Part shown: positions 32,542 through 41,296 of the stretch, one piece after another
Layout: each line of letters opens with the position of its first letter
How positions within the stretch are numbered: position 1 is the stretch's first letter
Assembly: GCA_017483665.1 (NCBI GenBank)
Contig: JAFUVM010000082.1
Coordinates: 300 to 64,299, forward strand
Origin: Bacteroidaceae bacterium
Lineage (GTDB): Bacteria; Bacteroidota; Bacteroidia; Bacteroidales; Bacteroidaceae
Direction: 5' to 3'
DNA length: 64,000 nucleotides
Notes under the pieces: generated by a model
What the model was told of the DNA's origin: nothing
Database searches by the model: none
What the model saw: only the letters and a program-made list of their open reading frames with translations
Position numbers and translations under genes: made by a program

Positions 32542-33990
32542 ATGAAAAAACTATCAATCCTGCTCCTCTGCATGCTGGCCTTTACGGGCCCGGCCTTTGC
32601 TCAGTTTGCCATCACCTACGACGACGAGGCACAGTGGAAAGCCTACGAGGACTTCAACAACGCGCTTCTCGACAAACAGCGTTACATCTACAAAGCAGAC
32701 ACCAAGCAGCCCAATGCCGACCACCGTGGCAACGGCTACCGCGACAACGACGTCTCGGGCTGTGCCGCCGCTATCTGGTGCCAGGCCATCATGTACGACA
32801 TGGTGGTGAATGCCTATCGCCGTGCCGAAGCAGAGGGCGACGAGGCTCGCATGAAGACGTACAAGACGCTGCACAGCCGCCTGTACAACGGCGAGAAGAC
32901 GCACTACGTGAACTTCGACTTCAACGACTGCAACACGAACAACGGCTGGTTCGTCTACGACGACATCATGTGGTGGACCTGCGCCTTGGCACGTGCCTAC
33001 GAGACCTTCGGCACGGCGGCCTACCTCAATTACTCCGAGCGTAGCTTCTGCCGCGTGTGGTACGGTTCGTCCAAGGTCGGCGACGACGGCTCCTATGCCG
33101 ACCCCGCGCGCTTCGAAGGCAAGTACGGCGGCGGCATGTTCTGGGAGTGGCAGCCCATCAGCAACCCCAAGCCTCACCAGCCAGGCGACTTCCGTTCCGC
33201 CTGCATCAACTTCCCCACCGTCATTGCCGCCTGCCTGCTGCACAAGCTTGTCCCCGAGGGCAGAAGGGCACCGACCGCGGCCCGTCCTACGCAGCAAACG
33301 AAGGAATGGTACCTGGAGAAGGCGAAGGAAGTCTATGCCTGGGCCGACGCGACGCTGGTCAACAGCAACGGACGTGTGGCAGACGGCATTCATGGCGGCA
33401 ATCCCGAGTTCAGCGACCACCTCTACAACCAGGCCACCTACATCGGAGCCAGTTGCCTGCTCTACCTGCTGACGAACGAAATCAGCTATCTGACCAAGGC
33501 CCAGCGTGCCGCAAACTACGTGATGAACAGCATGTGCACAAGCGGCATCCTGAAGTACGAGAAGGGCTACGAGCAGGGCATCTATGCGGCCATCTATGCC
33601 CAGTACATGAGGATTCTCATCTACGACTGCGGCCTGAGCGAAGCCCTGACGCGCAAATACCTGATGCACATCCAGCGCAACATTCAGAGGGCCTACACCA
33701 ATATGGACACAGAGCGCGGCATACAGATAGGCGACTTCACGAAGAAGACCGGTGCGGACGACGTGGTGGAGAGCTACGGCGCCAGCGGCATGCCCGCCCT
33801 GATGCTGATGTTCCCGGCCAGCGACACAGCCGATGGCGTCGGCTCGCTCAGGGAGAAGCAGCCGGAAGGCCCCGCCGACGTCTATACCCCCGACGGCAAA
33901 CTGGTGATGAAGAACGCTACGCCCGAGCAGGTGCACCAGCTCGACAGCGGTCTCTACATCTTCCAGCGCAAGAAGATTTTCGTGCGCTGA
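32542..33990 (+). CDS. GH76 family alpha-1,6-mannanase-like protein
   Basis: Signal peptide, then AAIWCQAIMYDMVVNAY..WFVYDDIMWWTCALARAYE..YNQATYIGA. Confidence 0.85.
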   Translation: MKKLSILLLCMLAFTGPAFAQFAITYDDEAQWKAYEDFNNALLDKQRYIYKADTKQPNADHRGNGYRDNDVSGCAAAIWCQAIMYDMVVNAYRRAEAEGDEARMKTYKTLHSRLYNGEKTHYVNFDFNDCNTNNGWFVYDDIMWWTCALARAYETFGTAAYLNYSERSFCRVWYGSSKVGDDGSYADPARFEGKYGGGMFWEWQPISNPKPHQPGDFRSACINFPTVIAACLLHKLVPEGRRAPTAARPTQQTKEWYLEKAKEVYAWADATLVNSNGRVADGIHGGNPEFSDHLYNQATYIGASCLLYLLTNEISYLTKAQRAANYVMNSMCTSGILKYEKGYEQGIYAAIYAQYMRILIYDCGLSEALTRKYLMHIQRNIQRAYTNMDTERGIQIGDFTKKTGADDVVESYGASGMPALMLMFPASDTADGVGSLREKQPEGPADVYTPDGKLVMKNATPEQVHQLDSGLYIFQRKKIFVR

Positions 33991-34154
33991 TTGTCTCCGA
34001 AACACTCCGTAAAATCCTCAGCAGAAGGCAGAGCATCCCTCTCCCGCATGCTGAGGATTTTTTGTACCCATGCAGAGACTGGCTCAGCTCCAGCCGAACA
34101 TTTCTCCCACGACAGGCCCACAATTCCCTCGTCTCGCTTGTACTTTTCCTTTGC

Positions 34155-34265
34155 GACGTGGATAAAAACTATTTCCAAGGCTTGGAAATATATTTCAGAA
34201 GCTTTGAAATATATTTTAGTGCCTTTGAAATATATTTCCGTGCCACTGAAAAAGTTTTGTGTCGC
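34155..34265 (-). repeat. GGAAATATATTT array element, copy 2 (orientation B)
   Basis: Units ..cttggaaatatatttcagaagctttgaaatatattttagtgcctttgaaatatatttccgtgccactgaaaaagttttgtg, followed by two hairpins cttggaattttSttccaag at 34290-34360. Confidence 0.9.
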
Positions 34266-34495
34266 GCGGCTTGGCTTTTTGCACAGAGTGGCTTGGAATT
34301 TTCTTCCAAGCAACAGAGCATTTTGTGTCGCGCGGCTTGGAATTTTGTTCCAAGCTTAAAAAGCACCCGCTCGCTGTACGGACGGAGCTTTCCCAAGGGC
34401 GGACGAAAGGCCGCAAAAGCCCGTGAAGCTGGACATAATACGTTAATCAATTATAATAAATGCGCCGCGATGGTGGGATATTCCGTAAAAAGTCG

Positions 34496-34503
34496 TACCT
34501 TTG
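34496..34503 (+). promoter_or_regulatory. -7 box TACCTTTG for the DUF2723 gene
   Basis: TAnnTTTG match 29 nt upstream of ATG 34532. Confidence 0.5.
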
Positions 34504-34531
34504 CACGGATTTATACATTAGAACAGAATAA

Positions 34532-37500
34532 ATGAAACAGTTCAGACTTGTTGACAACCTGATGGGTTGGCTGACATTTGCCATCGCAGCCTTCGTCTAT
34601 TGCAGCACAATAGAGCCGACGGCCAGCTTCTGGGACTGCCCCGAGTTTATCACCACCGGCTACAAGCTGGAAGTAGGACACCCGCCTGGGGCACCTTTCT
34701 TCTTGCTCACGGCCAACCTCTTCACGCAGTTCGTGAGCGACCCGACGAAGGTTGCACTCATGGTCAACATGATGAGCGCCCTCTTCAGCGCCGCATGCAT
34801 CATGTTCCTCTTCTGGAGCATCAGCCACCTGGCCCGCAAGCTTGTGGGCGAGAACGGGCAGGTGCAGACCCTGGCGCAGCTCGTCGTCGTAGAGGCCAGC
34901 GCCCTGACCGGAGCATTGGTCTACACGTTCAGCGACACCTTCTGGTTCAGCGCCGTAGAGGGCGAGGTGTATGCCTACAGCAGCCTCTTCACGGCCGTTG
35001 TCTTCTGGCTCATGCTCAAGTGGGAAGACCATGCCGACGAGCCCGGCTCCGACCGCTGGCTCATCCTCATCGCCTACCTCACGGGCCTCAGCATCGGCGT
35101 GCATCTGCTCAACCTGCTCTGCGTGCCCGCCCTGGTTCTCATCTTCTATTATAGGAAGGTCAGGAACGCTACGATGAAGGGCGCCCTGCTCTCGCTTGTG
35201 GGCAGCGCCGTGCTCATCGCCGCCGTGCTCTACGGCATCGTGCCGGGCATCGTCAAGGTGGGCGGATGGTTCGAACTGCTCTTCGTCAACACCCTGAACA
35301 TGCCCTTCAACACAGGTGTCATCGTCTACATCGCCCTGCTCACAGGCATCGTGCTCTGGAGCATCTGGGAGACCATCAAGCAGAAGAGCCGTCTGCGCAT
35401 GACGCTCACCTTCCTGCTCAGTGTGGGCATGCTGGGCATTCCCTTCTACGGCTACGGCTGGACGAGCATCGTCTGCGGCGTCGTTGTGCTCGGACTCCTC
35501 TATCTTCTGCTCGGCTGGAAGCGCGACGGCAAGCACATCGTCACGGCCCGCCTCATGAATACCTCGCTGCTCTGCATGCTCATGATAATGATAGGCTACA
35601 GCTCCTACGCAGTCATCGTCATCCGCAGCTCCGCCAATACACCCATGGACCAGAACTCTCCCGAGGACATCTTCACCCTGGGCACCTACCTGAGCCGCGA
35701 GCAGTACGGCGACCGTCCGCTCTTCTACGGGCAGGCCTACACGAGCCAGGTGCTCCTCAAGCCCGAAGGCAACTACTGCGTGCCCGTCAGCGAGAAGGGA
35801 GCCCCCGTGTACCAGCGCAAGGAGAAGGCCAGCGCCGACGAGCCCGACCGCTACGAGATTCAGCGCTACGACGTGGACTACGTCTACCAGCAGAATATGT
35901 TTTTCCCCCGCATGTACAGCGAGCAGCATGCCAAGGCCTACGAGAGCTGGATGGGCGGCGTGAAGGGCAACGTCAAGACCTACGAACGCTGCGGCGAGAT
36001 GGTGCAGGTGAAGACACCCACACAGCTCGAGAACCTCCGCTTCTTCCTCAGCTATCAGGTCAACTTCATGTACTGGCGCTACTTCATGTGGAACTTTGCG
36101 GGCCGCCAGAACGACCTGCAGGGTAACGGCGAATGGGAGCACGGCAACTGGATATCCGGCATTCCCTTCCTGGACAACATGCGCCTGGGCGACCAGAGCA
36201 AGCTGCCCAGCGAGCTCCGCGAGAACAAGGGTCACAACGTCTTCTACTGCCTGCCGCTGCTGCTCGGCCTTGTCGGTTTGCTGTGGCAGCTCTTTAGGAA
36301 TAGCGAGACGAACAACGGCGAGGGCGAGAAACAGTTTGGCATTGTCTTCTTCCTCTTCTTCATGACGGGCCTTGCCATCGTGCTCTACCTCAACCAGACA
36401 CCCATGCAGCCCCGCGAACGAGACTACGCCTATGCAGGTTCCTTCTACGCCTTCGCCATCTGGGTCGGCCTTGGCGTGGCAGGCATCGCCTATTCCCTGC
36501 GCAAGCTTCTCAACAGCGATATGGCCTGCGCCCTGCTCAGCTGTCTCTGCATCCTTGTGCCCATACAGATGGCAGGACAGACGTGGGACGACCACGACCG
36601 CAGCGGACGCTACACATGCCGCGACTTCGGACGCAACTATCTCCAGTCGCTCGACCAGACACGCTTCCCCATCATCTTCACCAACGGCGATAACGATACC
36701 TTCCCCCTCTGGTACGCTCAGGAGACAGAAGGCTTCCGTACCGATGCCCGCGTCTGCAACCTTTCCTATCTGCAGACTGACTGGTACATCGATCAGATGA
36801 AGCGTCCGGCCTACGACTCACCGGCTGTGCCCATCCATTGGAACCGTCTGCAGTACGTAGCAGGCACCCGCGAAGGCGTTTCCGTAAGGCCCGGCACCCT
36901 GGAGCACATTATGGAGATGTACAAGGACAACCCCGAAGACCTCCGCGAGATGCTGGGCGACAACCCCTACGAGCTTCGCAACATCATCGACCGCTGGGTA
37001 CTCAACGACAATCCCGACCTTCGCTTCATCCCGACCGACAGCATCGTCATCACCGTGGACAAGGAGGCCGTCCGCCGCAGCGGCATGATGATAGCCGCCG
37101 ACAGCATTCCCGACCAGATGCACATCAGCTTGAAGGGAAAGCGTGCCGTGTACAAGAGCGAGATGATGATGTACGAGATGATTGCCCAATGCAACTGGGA
37201 GCGACCCCTCTACATAGCCATGACCGTAGGTCCCGACAATCGGGCTACCCTCGAGAACTACTTCGTTCAGGAAGGTCTCACCTTCCGCATCACGCCCTTC
37301 AACACGAAGCAGAGCGGCAAGGACATCGACACGGAGAAGATGTACGAGAACCTCATGACGCGCTTCGCCTTTGGCGGCATCGACAAGCCGGGCATCTATC
37401 TCGACGAGACCGTGCTGCGCATGTGCAGCACCCACCGTCGCATCTTCTCGCTGCTGGCTTCGCGTCTTGTCAAGGAAGAGAAGCTCGACAAGGCAGCCCG

Positions 37501-37936
37501 CGTGGTAGCCAAGGTGGAGGAAGCCATTCCGCCCACCACCGTGCCGCACTCCTATGCCAGCGGCTCGCTCGAGCTGGCTCGTGTCTGGAACGTCCTGGGC
37601 AAGAACAAGGAAGCCAGCGACATCGCCTATCCCGTGGCTGTGCAGGCTACGGAATACCTGGACTGGTATCTGAGTCTGCCCACCAAGATGCTCATGCTCA
37701 GCGAGAGGGACTTCATGTACTACCTCTATCAGCTGCACGGAGCCTTGAGCGTGCTGGAAAGCGCCGGCAGCGACAAGGTTATGGAGCTCTCCAAGGCGCT
37801 CGACAACTACAACCATCTCTTCCAGACCCGCCTTTACGGTGACGTCGGCTTGAACGTGCCTGCCGCGGCAGAGGATGAAGAAGTCGACGCAGAGGACGAA
37901 TATGTTGAGGAAGAGGACGAAGAAGCCCTCCTCTAA
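34532..37936 (+). CDS. DUF2723 (TMEM260-like, GT-C fold) polytopic membrane protein with TPR-like C-terminal half
   Basis: FWDCPEFITTGYKLEVGHPPGAPFF near the N-terminus, about 12 TM helices, a long soluble C-terminal region and an acidic tail. Confidence 0.88.
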   Translation: MKQFRLVDNLMGWLTFAIAAFVYCSTIEPTASFWDCPEFITTGYKLEVGHPPGAPFFLLTANLFTQFVSDPTKVALMVNMMSALFSAACIMFLFWSISHLARKLVGENGQVQTLAQLVVVEASALTGALVYTFSDTFWFSAVEGEVYAYSSLFTAVVFWLMLKWEDHADEPGSDRWLILIAYLTGLSIGVHLLNLLCVPALVLIFYYRKVRNATMKGALLSLVGSAVLIAAVLYGIVPGIVKVGGWFELLFVNTLNMPFNTGVIVYIALLTGIVLWSIWETIKQKSRLRMTLTFLLSVGMLGIPFYGYGWTSIVCGVVVLGLLYLLLGWKRDGKHIVTARLMNTSLLCMLMIMIGYSSYAVIVIRSSANTPMDQNSPEDIFTLGTYLSREQYGDRPLFYGQAYTSQVLLKPEGNYCVPVSEKGAPVYQRKEKASADEPDRYEIQRYDVDYVYQQNMFFPRMYSEQHAKAYESWMGGVKGNVKTYERCGEMVQVKTPTQLENLRFFLSYQVNFMYWRYFMWNFAGRQNDLQGNGEWEHGNWISGIPFLDNMRLGDQSKLPSELRENKGHNVFYCLPLLLGLVGLLWQLFRNSETNNGEGEKQFGIVFFLFFMTGLAIVLYLNQTPMQPRERDYAYAGSFYAFAIWVGLGVAGIAYSLRKLLNSDMACALLSCLCILVPIQMAGQTWDDHDRSGRYTCRDFGRNYLQSLDQTRFPIIFTNGDNDTFPLWYAQETEGFRTDARVCNLSYLQTDWYIDQMKRPAYDSPAVPIHWNRLQYVAGTREGVSVRPGTLEHIMEMYKDNPEDLREMLGDNPYELRNIIDRWVLNDNPDLRFIPTDSIVITVDKEAVRRSGMMIAADSIPDQMHISLKGKRAVYKSEMMMYEMIAQCNWERPLYIAMTVGPDNRATLENYFVQEGLTFRITPFNTKQSGKDIDTEKMYENLMTRFAFGGIDKPGIYLDETVLRMCSTHRRIFSLLASRLVKEEKLDKAARVVAKVEEAIPPTTVPHSYASGSLELARVWNVLGKNKEASDIAYPVAVQATEYLDWYLSLPTKMLMLSERDFMYYLYQLHGALSVLESAGSDKVMELSKALDNYNHLFQTRLYGDVGLNVPAAAEDEEVDAEDEYVEEEDEEALL

Positions 37937-38013
37937 CTCCCCCTTAAAGGGGAAGAAAACAATGATGTGTTAACCTCTAAATCAAGAACACTTCCCTTTA
38001 AGGGGACGTTTGG
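37929..38013. repeat. Two palindromic units bracketing the DUF2723 stop and the deacetylase start
   Basis: ctcctctaactcccccttaaaggggaag (contains the TAA stop) and cttccctttaaggggacgtttgg. Confidence 0.75.
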
Positions 38014-38024
38014 CAGGGTTTTCT

Positions 38025-38639
38025 ATGTTCATCGAGCAACCTCCACGCATCTTCCGCTGGTTCTATCCCCACGCTTTGTGGCGGATAGACCGGCACAGGA
38101 AGGTGGTCTACCTGACCTTCGACGACGGTCCCATCCCCGAGGCGACTCCCTTTATCCTCGACGTGCTGGACCGCTTCGACGCCAAGGCCACGTTCTTCAT
38201 GGTGGGCGACAACGCCGTCAAGTACCCGCACCTGCTCCAGGAAGTGCTGCGGCGGGGACATCGCATAGGCAACCATACGTACAATCACATCTCGGGGGCC
38301 AGGCACACGTCGTGGACCTATCTGGCTAACATCAAGAAGGCCAACGACGTGCTTCACTCGAACCTCTTCCGTCCGCCGCACGGCTGGATAGGCATGGTGC
38401 AGTACCGCGTGTTGCGCTACATCGGTATCAAGGTGGTGATGTGGGACGTCGTGACGCGCGACTACAGCCGCCTGCTCACGGCCGACGACGTGCTCAACAA
38501 CGTGAAGCGCTACACCCGTCAGGGCAGCATCATCACGTTCCACGACTCGCAGAAGAGCATCGACAAACTCAAGCATGCACTCCCCGAGGCATTGGCTTGG
38601 CTCAAGCAGCAGGGATATGAGTTTGGCGTTATTGAATAG
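38025..38639 (+). CDS. Polysaccharide deacetylase (CE4) family protein
   Basis: VYLTFDDGP..ATFFMVG..GHRIGNHTYNH. The track start 38010 is TTG inside a repeat; I use ATG 38025 (MFIEQPP..). Confidence 0.88.
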   Translation: MFIEQPPRIFRWFYPHALWRIDRHRKVVYLTFDDGPIPEATPFILDVLDRFDAKATFFMVGDNAVKYPHLLQEVLRRGHRIGNHTYNHISGARHTSWTYLANIKKANDVLHSNLFRPPHGWIGMVQYRVLRYIGIKVVMWDVVTRDYSRLLTADDVLNNVKRYTRQGSIITFHDSQKSIDKLKHALPEALAWLKQQGYEFGVIE

Positions 38640-39573
38640 CAGCGAAGTCAAAGCCCGGGCACGACGCCTGGGCTTTGTTGCATGCGGGCTGGCGAAGGCG
38701 GAGCCTGTGGCAGTCGGTTTTGCCGACCGCTACCGCCGCTGGCTGGAGCTGGGCTATTGTGCCGACATGGACTACCTGCGTCGCAACGTGGAGATGCGCC
38801 TGCAGCCTGACCTACTCGTCCCCGGCGTGCGTACTATCGTCAGCCTTGCCATGAACTTCATGCCCGAGCGCCATCAGCCCGCCATCAGCCTTTATGCACA
38901 AGGCAAGGACTACCACGACGTCTTGCGCGACCGCATGCGGCAGCTCATGGACGACATGCAGCTGTCCGGACGTTGCTTTGTCGACACGGCACCCGTCCTG
39001 GAGCGCTACTGGGCGTGGCGCAGCGGCATCGGCACCTTCACAGAGCGTGGCGGCTTCATCAGCGTGCCGGGCTACGGGCCGACAGTCTTCCTGGGAGAGC
39101 TTTTCGTGATGCAGGAGGCGGATAGGTATGATGGCCCGTTGGAGCAAGAGGAGGGGTTAGAGGTTAGTGGTGAGAGGTTAGAGGATACCAGCAGCCCCAA
39201 CAATCCTCTCACCACTAACCTCTCACCACTAACCCCCTCATTTTGTCCCGCCCTTACCGCCGAGGGCCTCGATGCCCGACGCTGCGTCAGCTACCAGACC
39301 ATCGAGCATCGCGGTCCCTTGCCCGACGGCTTCCGGCTCGGCCAGACCTTCTACGGGTGCGACCGCTGCCTGCGTGCCAATCCGCAGTTCGCCGAGGCGC
39401 ATCCCACCGACGAGCCTGCCTTCCAACCTTCAGAAGCCTTGTTGAAGATGACGCCCGACGACTGGCGACAGCTCACGGTGGAGCAGTACCGGACCCTTTT
39501 CAAAGGTTCTGCCGTGAAGCGTGCCAAGTACGAGGGCCTCGTCCGCAACATCGCGCGATGGCAGAAACCGTAG
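38617..39573 (+). CDS. queG: Epoxyqueuosine reductase QueG homologue with repeat insertion and apparently degenerate Fe-S motifs
   Basis: RLGFVACGLAKAEPV..DMDYLRRN..GKDYHDV..VDTAPVLERYWA..RCVSYQTIE..LFKGSAVKRAKYEGLVRNI. The canonical CxxCxxCxxxCP motif is not seen; the hairpin element lies at 39152-39238. Confidence 0.8.
   Translation: MSLALLNSSEVKARARRLGFVACGLAKAEPVAVGFADRYRRWLELGYCADMDYLRRNVEMRLQPDLLVPGVRTIVSLAMNFMPERHQPAISLYAQGKDYHDVLRDRMRQLMDDMQLSGRCFVDTAPVLERYWAWRSGIGTFTERGGFISVPGYGPTVFLGELFVMQEADRYDGPLEQEEGLEVSGERLEDTSSPNNPLTTNLSPLTPSFCPALTAEGLDARRCVSYQTIEHRGPLPDGFRLGQTFYGCDRCLRANPQFAEAHPTDEPAFQPSEALLKMTPDDWRQLTVEQYRTLFKGSAVKRAKYEGLVRNIARWQKP
39152..39238. repeat. GGTTAGAG-armed hairpin element (family copy 3) inside queG
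   Basis: ggggttagaggttagtggtgagaggttagaggatacc..aacaatcctctcaccactaacctctcaccactaacccc, translated EGLEVSGERLEDTSSPNNPLTTNLSPLT. Confidence 0.9.
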
Positions 39574-39625
39574 CGTTTCCTGCGACTTCACAAGCCCCGC
39601 CACGGAACGCCGCGTGCCGTGTCCG

Positions 39626-39693
39626 TTGAATTGTCATGAACATTCAATTGAACATTCATGAAGATTCAATTGAACATTCATGACCGTTCAATC
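39626..39693. repeat. Tandem CATTCAATTGAACATTCATGA-type repeat
   Basis: ttgaattgtcatgaacattcaattgaacattcatgaagattcaattgaacattcatgaccgttcaatc. Confidence 0.85.
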
Positions 39694-39707
39694 AACCTCC
39701 TGCGGAG

Positions 39708-40568
39708 TTATTCCAGATACTTGCTGAAGAACGACCAGATTTCCTCGCCCGTGTCGATGTCCTCCTCGAACCAACTGTGCGAACCGCCCGTTACTTCATA
39801 GAGCCAGACCTCGCAGCCTGTCGGTCCGCCTGTGTACTTGTGTTTGACGACGGACCTGCCGCTTTCCGTGTCCCGACTCGCGATGCGTTCCACCTGTTCC
39901 TGCTCGTTCCGGTTCTTGGCAACCCAGTAACCGATGGCAAGGGGCACGGGCATGTAGGCTCCCCAGCCGCCTTTGTCCTCCAGGTCGCCGTTCCACTCGG
40001 AGACGTGGTCCGCCGTGCCGTGTATCTCGAACAGCGGCATGGGGCCGGGCGCCTCCATTGTCCGGTAGATCCATTCCATCGTCAACCCCGAGACAGGAGC
40101 GACGGCCTTGAACGTCTTCTGCTTGCTGTAGGCCGTCAGGTAGCACATCTCGCCTCCGTTCGACATGCCCGTCATGAAGGTGTTCCGCCGGCTCAGGCCG
40201 TACTTCTTCTGCACGTACCTTGCCAGCTTCTCCATGCCTGCCACCTCATCGACCTGCCATCCTTCCTGGAAGGGATAGCCGACGTTCCACGAAGGCTGGC
40301 CCTTGGGGTCTTTCCATCCGTGCGGTATGCAGACGGCGAACTTGTGCTTCTCTGCCGCGCGGCTCATCCAGTTCTTCTTCTGACCGGGGTTGCCGTAGCC
40401 GTGCAGGACGAACACCAGGGGCGCATCCTGCGGCGTTCCGTCGGGTTTGTAAAGCCAGAAGCGGCGTGTCTGTCCTTGTATCTTCAGGGAGTCCAGCACC
40501 GGTTCGGCCGACTCCGCATGGCTTGCCGTCATCATCAGGGCAGTCAAGGCTAAAAGTATCTTCTTCAT
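39708..40568 (-). CDS. Secreted alpha/beta-hydrolase esterase (PHB-depolymerase/LpqC-like family)
   Basis: Signal peptide, then VFVLHGYG..TGMSNGGEM (nucleophile elbow)..HGTADH. Confidence 0.82.
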   Translation of the reverse strand: MKKILLALTALMMTASHAESAEPVLDSLKIQGQTRRFWLYKPDGTPQDAPLVFVLHGYGNPGQKKNWMSRAAEKHKFAVCIPHGWKDPKGQPSWNVGYPFQEGWQVDEVAGMEKLARYVQKKYGLSRRNTFMTGMSNGGEMCYLTAYSKQKTFKAVAPVSGLTMEWIYRTMEAPGPMPLFEIHGTADHVSEWNGDLEDKGGWGAYMPVPLAIGYWVAKNRNEQEQVERIASRDTESGRSVVKHKYTGGPTGCEVWLYEVTGGSHSWFEEDIDTGEEIWSFFSKYLE

Positions 40569-41296
40569 AGTGTGTCAGTTTTACGCGAGATGTATTCCAG
40601 GAAGCGCCCGGTGTCGTAGTTCATGATGAGCTCGTCGGGGAACTCTGTCTCTTGGAGCAGAGGCCAGATGAAGCCATAGTTGGCGATGTCGAAGCAGATG
40701 TGGGCGTCGCTGCCCAGGATGACCGGCACCTCGTAGCGCTTGCACAGCCGCAGTATTTCGAGGTTGTTGGCCCGCGCCGTGTCTTTCTTGCGCTGCGGGT
40801 TGAGGCTGCTGTTGTTGATCTCGAGCAGCGTGTTCGACTCCTTCGCCGCCAGCACGATAGGCTCGAAGATGAGGTCGGCCGTGCCGTCGCCGGGGTGCGA
40901 GATGATTTGCGTCCAAGGGTTGCGTATGGCAGCCACCATGCCGTCGGTGTTCTCTTCAATCGTGCCGCCCTGCCAGCAAAGCAGGTGGATGCCCGCGATG
41001 CGCAGGTCGAGCATCCGGTAGTAGAACTCGTCGAGGTCGAGCGTGCCTCGTGTGTCGAGGATGTTCAGTTCGGCTCCGAGCATCAGACGGAGGTTGCCGT
41101 ACTGCCGCGGCACGATGTGGAGGTTGCGGAAGTAGATGGGATGGCACGTGCCGGGGATGCCCGGGGCATGTTCCGTAATGCCGAGGATGTCGAGATTCTT
41201 CTCTTGGGCAGCCGTCACCATTTCCTGCATGGTGCTGTAGGCATGGCCGCTCATGATGGTGTGGGTGTGTACGTCAAGTTTCAATTCACGGTTCAT
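40565..41296 (-). CDS. PHP-domain metal-dependent phosphoesterase (YcdX-like)
   Basis: LDVHTHTIMSGHAYS..ILGITEHAPG..ISHPG..GSDAH. ATGA overlap with the downstream gene. Confidence 0.88.
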   Translation of the reverse strand: MNRELKLDVHTHTIMSGHAYSTMQEMVTAAQEKNLDILGITEHAPGIPGTCHPIYFRNLHIVPRQYGNLRLMLGAELNILDTRGTLDLDEFYYRMLDLRIAGIHLLCWQGGTIEENTDGMVAAIRNPWTQIISHPGDGTADLIFEPIVLAAKESNTLLEINNSSLNPQRKKDTARANNLEILRLCKRYEVPVILGSDAHICFDIANYGFIWPLLQETEFPDELIMNYDTGRFLEYISRKTDTL

